NCBI GenBank assembly: GCA_943788655.1
Contig: CALSRB010000002.1
Location: 395,081-459,080 of the forward strand
Direction of reading: 5' to 3'
Length of the DNA stretch: 64,000 nucleotides
Source: Candidatus Poseidoniaceae archaeon
GTDB taxonomy: Archaea > Thermoplasmatota > Poseidoniia > Poseidoniales > Poseidoniaceae
Position 1 is the stretch's first letter, and the number at the start of each line of letters is the position of its first letter. This document shows positions 59,804 through 64,000 of the stretch, one piece after another. A program made the position numbers and the translations under genes. The notes under the pieces are model-generated. The model had not been told where the DNA came from. It did no database searches and saw only the letters and a list, made by a program, of their open reading frames with translations.

Positions 59804-60493
59804 ATGGATGAAGATGTCCAAGCGGCCGCTGCTCGGCTGGTGCGCCGCCTCAAAGAGGGTGGCCACACCATCACCGTAGCAGAATCTTGTACAGGAGGAT
59901 TGCTCGCGAGCGCCTTCACAGATATCGCAGGCGCCTCACAATGGTTCAACCAATCGTGGGTCACCTATTCCAACGAATCAAAAATGACTGAACTTGGCGT
60001 CAGCGCCGATCTTTTGGAAAAGAAAGGGGCTGTCTCAGCTGGTGTCGCTATGGCCATGGCACAAGGTGCTGTCAAGCGAGCAAATGCAAGCATTGCCATT
60101 TCAATCACCGGCATCGCAGGACCATCCAACGATGGAACCAACAAAAAAGTCGGCATGGTGTATGTGGGCATTGCCTCCTCAACAAACTGGGCGAACGCCG
60201 AATCGACACAAATAGGTGGAAACAGAGCAGAAAATAAAATTGCATTCGTTCATTTTGCTCTTCTCACAGCCATTCGTTGCTGGGACGACGCAATGGCCCT
60301 TGCAGAAGAGAACAAGCGGGCTGAAGATGAAGCCTTGATAGCAAAGGCAAAAGCGGAGGCCCTCTTTGAAATCGAACGGGCTCAGCGGGATGCTGCTGCT
60401 CGTGAAGCCACGCCCTGGAAGGGTGATGAATGGGATGGTACAAATGGCCAACCTGACAAAGATGATGAGATCGATTCGGACATCGAGTGGTAA
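59804..60493 (+). CDS. CinA C-terminal / NMN amidohydrolase (PncC) family
   Basis: VAESCTGG, TYSNESK, GAVS, ITGIAGP. Confidence 0.9.
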   Translation: MDEDVQAAAARLVRRLKEGGHTITVAESCTGGLLASAFTDIAGASQWFNQSWVTYSNESKMTELGVSADLLEKKGAVSAGVAMAMAQGAVKRANASIAISITGIAGPSNDGTNKKVGMVYVGIASSTNWANAESTQIGGNRAENKIAFVHFALLTAIRCWDDAMALAEENKRAEDEALIAKAKAEALFEIERAQRDAAAREATPWKGDEWDGTNGQPDKDDEIDSDIEW

Positions 60494-60559
60494 TTCACTT
60501 TCGCCTTTCAGACCTCACCCACCGGTGTGCTTTTGGAGGGGCTACGCCACCTTGAGCCC

Positions 60560-62194
60560 ATGGGTGCCCCGTGGGAAGAGATTCTCCCTGTTCTTCGGAA
60601 GAGGGGGATTGTCCCAACTGCGTCCGTTCGGCAAGATTTGATCGAATTGGATGACCTTCAATCCGTGCTCGATTGCTCTGAAGCGGTTGGATTTGAGCGC
60701 GGTTTTCTCACTGCTGAAATCCTCGAAGACATGATGGCGGTTTGGCGAGGTAAGCAGCGAATGATGGCTGCCTCCACGAGCAATGCGGTCGTCGCCCCAA
60801 CCACACCTACGAAAGCAGTGCCTGCGCAGGTGGCAACAGACCTTGGTCGAACAATTGCGCCCGTCCACGAACCAGAACCACTGGACATTCGATTCCGCAA
60901 CAACTTACCAGACTGGAAGGAGTCAGATTACAGTGAGCATGCAAGCGATGCATCGAGTGACATCTTGGTTCATTATGACATCACAGGGAACAGCACAACG
61001 GAAGGTAAAATGTCGGACATCACATCGTGCTTTAGTGACCGTTTGCAAAGCATTCGAAAGATGATTATACAAAATTCCAGACTGCCAAGAACGCCGACTG
61101 AAATTGCACGACTGCATGCAGAAAGCAGTCGCTACCAGGGCTATGAGAACAAAGCAGTGGCCATTGGGCTTGTCAATGAACCAAGGTACACCAAGAATGG
61201 GCATCTGATTTGGAACCTTGAGGATGAAACTGGTGAACTGACCTGTTTGCTCACCAAAAGAAAAGGCGATGATCGTGACCGTGCCCATGAACAAATTTTG
61301 GAAGCCGGATTGATGCCTGATGATGTGCTCGGAGTATCGGGGACCTTCAGTCAAACAGGGGATATGTTCTACGTTGACGATCTGCATTTCCCAATGAAAG
61401 ACAGGCACGTGAAGGCAAGCGCAGAACACGGCGTGAGCGTGGCATTCCTGTCCGATATCCACGTAGGATCCAAGACCTTCCTTGAAGCACAATGGCACAA
61501 GATGGTTCGATGGTTCCACACCGACCCACTTGCTAAGACCATCAAGTACCTCATTCTCTCAGGAGACTGTGTCGATGGCGTAGGAATCTATCCCGGACAA
61601 GACAGTGAATTATCCATCCCCGATTTGTTTGGACAGTACCAAGAATTTGCACGCCTGTTGGAACTGCTGCCAGAATGGGTTGAATGCGTGATGCTCCCTG
61701 GAAACCACGATGCTGTCCGACCCGCAGAACCTCAACCTACGTTTGAAAAAGATATCCAGCAAGATTTCAACACCACCACATTCGTTGGAAACCCCTGTGA
61801 CTTCTCGCTTCATGGTGTTCGGTTGTTATCTTACCATGGAAAGTCGATTGACGATTTCGTAGCAGGCCTTCGAACCGTGACCTATGCCGACCCAGTGGAA
61901 GCAATGAGACAAATGCTCCGCAGACGGCACTTAGCCCCCCAATGGGGTGGAAAAACGCCATTATCTCCCGAACCGGAAGATGGGCTTGTGATTCGTGAAG
62001 TCCCTGATATCTTTGTCACCGGCCACGTGCATGGACATGCGTGTATCGATTACAAGGGCACGACGTTGATCTGTTCCAGCACATGGCAGGACCAAACCTC
62101 CTACCAACGGATGCTTGGTTTCCAACCGAAACCATGTATGCTGACAATTGTCAATTTGAAGAGTCATGCAACAACGGCCATACCATTTGCCTGA
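60560..62194 (+). CDS. polD1: DNA polymerase D small (exonuclease) subunit DP1
   Basis: SDIHVGS, GDCVDG, PGNHD, YHG, GHVH, TWQDQT phosphoesterase motifs plus OB fold (LEDETG). Confidence 0.95.
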   Translation: MGAPWEEILPVLRKRGIVPTASVRQDLIELDDLQSVLDCSEAVGFERGFLTAEILEDMMAVWRGKQRMMAASTSNAVVAPTTPTKAVPAQVATDLGRTIAPVHEPEPLDIRFRNNLPDWKESDYSEHASDASSDILVHYDITGNSTTEGKMSDITSCFSDRLQSIRKMIIQNSRLPRTPTEIARLHAESSRYQGYENKAVAIGLVNEPRYTKNGHLIWNLEDETGELTCLLTKRKGDDRDRAHEQILEAGLMPDDVLGVSGTFSQTGDMFYVDDLHFPMKDRHVKASAEHGVSVAFLSDIHVGSKTFLEAQWHKMVRWFHTDPLAKTIKYLILSGDCVDGVGIYPGQDSELSIPDLFGQYQEFARLLELLPEWVECVMLPGNHDAVRPAEPQPTFEKDIQQDFNTTTFVGNPCDFSLHGVRLLSYHGKSIDDFVAGLRTVTYADPVEAMRQMLRRRHLAPQWGGKTPLSPEPEDGLVIREVPDIFVTGHVHGHACIDYKGTTLICSSTWQDQTSYQRMLGFQPKPCMLTIVNLKSHATTAIPFA

Positions 62195-62197
62195 GGA

Positions 62198-62887
62198 TTA
62201 AACGCCAAGGTACGGCGCTACATCAAGCAGGTTTTTTCCCAACACAATTGGAACGCCGGCTTCCTCAAAAGATGAGATTGATGAATCTCGGGTTGGATTG
62301 AATCCAATGAAATGTCCGCCTTCAATGTGCATGGATAAATCCATTTCGGAGTCGCCGAGACTAACACAACCTTCTGCCGTTAGGCCATTCATTTCCAACA
62401 AGCGTTCGATGATCTCGCCTTTGCCAGTGGCATGGAGACGGCACACACCCTCGTCGCTCAAGGTGTCATCATCATTGAATACAAACCCATTCGCAATCCA
62501 ATCATCAACCTTCAGCATTGCAGCAATGGAGGCGACAAACAAGTCGACACCAGCACTCACAATAGCGACAAAGATGCCCTTGTCTTGCAATCGTTGCACT
62601 AGCTCTCTGGCACCGGACATCAGCTGCACACCTGCATAGGCCCGAAACAGGTCATCTTTGTGAATGGGATCTTCGATTGATTTCCATTTTTTTATGTCAA
62701 GACGCATGAACTCTGTGTCGGTGATCTCACCCCGAATGAATCGTTGCAAATTCTCAGCGTTGTCTGTACCGAAGTGGTCGTGCAAGGTCCGCCACGAACT
62801 GACAGCATCGACAAGTACACCGTCGCAATCAAACACCACACATGTCACGTCAGTAAGCGGGCTTGGCGCTGTTGAATGGGTGTTCAT
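62198..62887 (-). CDS. HAD-IB phosphatase (phosphoserine phosphatase-like)
   Basis: FDCDGVL, VSAG, K, GDSEMD. Confidence 0.88.
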   Translation of the reverse strand: MNTHSTAPSPLTDVTCVVFDCDGVLVDAVSSWRTLHDHFGTDNAENLQRFIRGEITDTEFMRLDIKKWKSIEDPIHKDDLFRAYAGVQLMSGARELVQRLQDKGIFVAIVSAGVDLFVASIAAMLKVDDWIANGFVFNDDDTLSDEGVCRLHATGKGEIIERLLEMNGLTAEGCVSLGDSEMDLSMHIEGGHFIGFNPTRDSSISSFEEAGVPIVLGKNLLDVAPYLGV

Positions 62888-62957
62888 GCTTCACGCAGGT
62901 TCGTCTGCTTTGAAAGGCTTCCCAACCAGATGGGAGAGAAAAGAAATCACAGAAGTG

Positions 62958-63120
62958 AAAAAAGGGGGGGCCGAAGACAGGGGGCCCCTTTCGGAAACCC
63001 CCTGCGTTCGGGCAGGCTTTCCACCGCTCGGGTGGATCATCCCATCACTGGGATGTTGGGAGGCAGAAGGGAAAGGGACCTGAGTCCCTTTCCCTAATGC
63101 GTCCGATTGTCTTCACGTCG
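62958..63120 (-). ncRNA. Highly structured 3' UTR/ncRNA ending in an oligo-U terminator
   Basis: Perfect 12-bp hairpin at 63068-63095, 7-bp stem with GUGA tetraloop at 63038-63055, further stems, closing GAAGACA/TGTCTTC, then C7T6. Confidence 0.55.
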
Positions 63121-63130
63121 GTCTTGAACC

Positions 63131-64000
63131 TCAAGCCTTGGTGTCGTATGACAAATCGTTCCAGGTCTTGAGCAAAGCGCCCTTTCCTACGCTAGGTGCG
63201 TAGGTCAACTGGATTGTCACGTCTTCCAAAGGTGTGCCGTCTGGGGCGTGGGTTCGCACAAAGATGGTGTCTCCAGTGTTGAAGGTCGAAACAGAGTCTG
63301 CTCCTTCCTTGTTCACTTGGTCGACAAAGGTGACGAACTCGTCACTGTTGTCCGGGTTGAACCCGTAGACACCGTTTGTGTCAGCCATGTTGGCATCATG
63401 CGTTGCCGTGTTACCGTCTGCATCAGTGTAGATGATTCGGAGCACAACAGCTTGTGTTGCCAAGTCTGTTTCAGACGCTTGCACTGTAATTCGCCAGTGG
63501 CCGGTCTCAGCATCGAAGCCGTCGATGTCTTCGATATCGAAGGTGATCCGAGGAACACCCTTGGTATCGACATCAGCGAGGCTGCTTGCCCAAACGTAGA
63601 TCACACCAGAGAGCACGACGGTGATTGCGACCATCAAGATGGTAGCAATCACTGGGCTCACTGCAGCGTCGTCATCGACCATGGTCTCGGCGACTTCTTC
63701 TTCATCGTCAGCACGGCGGCTGGAGAAGGCGAGGGCGCTCACGAAGAGACCAGTTAGGCTGACCACAACGATGCTTGGTGCAAACGATGGGACCGAGGAG
63801 GCACCGATGGTACGAACAACGCTTGGGAGCGATTGGCTCGTAGCTTCGAAGGTGCCAGGTGGCTGGTTGGCGTGGTTACAGATCGAGCCGACTTCAAGGG
63901 ACGTCATTCGGTTGTTACACCAGTTGCTGTCCTCAAGGAGTGGTCGACGCTCGGAGGTCTGGGTAGCGTTGCTACCGTACTGTCCAGGCTTGGACCAGTC
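63131..64000 (-). CDS. 3' part of a large surface protein with a PGF-CTERM-like anchor followed by an internal archaeal type IV pilin domain (5' end runs off the window)
   Basis: Frame is open to 64000. VPSF+TM+RR, acidic linker, then A|VSPVIATILMVAITVVLSGVIYVW class III signal/H-domain. Confidence 0.85.
   Translation of the reverse strand, partial: DWSKPGQYGSNATQTSERRPLLEDSNWCNNRMTSLEVGSICNHANQPPGTFEATSQSLPSVVRTIGASSVPSFAPSIVVVSLTGLFVSALAFSSRRADDEEEVAETMVDDDAAVSPVIATILMVAITVVLSGVIYVWASSLADVDTKGVPRITFDIEDIDGFDAETGHWRITVQASETDLATQAVVLRIIYTDADGNTATHDANMADTNGVYGFNPDNSDEFVTFVDQVNKEGADSVSTFNTGDTIFVRTHAPDGTPLEDVTIQLTYAPSVGKGALLKTWNDLSYDTKA

Overview
Gene-dense archaeal chromosome segment. Gene content (archaeal AspRS, LonB, TFB, RFC-S, GatD, pelota, DP1, L40e, an intron-containing tRNA-Met, bacterial-type metK/purA/fhs, and giant membrane-anchored Ig-rich surface proteins) is typical of Marine Group II Euryarchaeota (Poseidoniales); this assignment is an inference. 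Main points of interest: (1) an AT-rich ~6.2 kb island at tRNA-Ala(TGC), bounded by a 16-bp direct repeat and lacking an integrase, encoding an unnamed five-protein membrane/scaffold module (SPFH-coiled coil-Zn ribbon, helical bundle, TM-coiled coil, beta-helix, poly-Pro adaptor), two members of which share a VQGDLI motif; (2) a truncated gene at the right edge that looks like a polyprotein, with a PGF-CTERM-like anchor followed by an internal archaeal type IV pilin and a highly structured 3' region; (3) a ~3070-aa surface protein with seven DNRLRE-like repeats; (4) a fossil EF-hand remnant behind an EF-hand-fused amino-acid permease; (5) two predicted pseudoenzymes, a candidate structured ncRNA, a degenerate TATA motif at fixed spacing from start codons, and four single-base frameshifts that may be assembly errors. 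Family assignments come from motif recognition by eye, not database searches.
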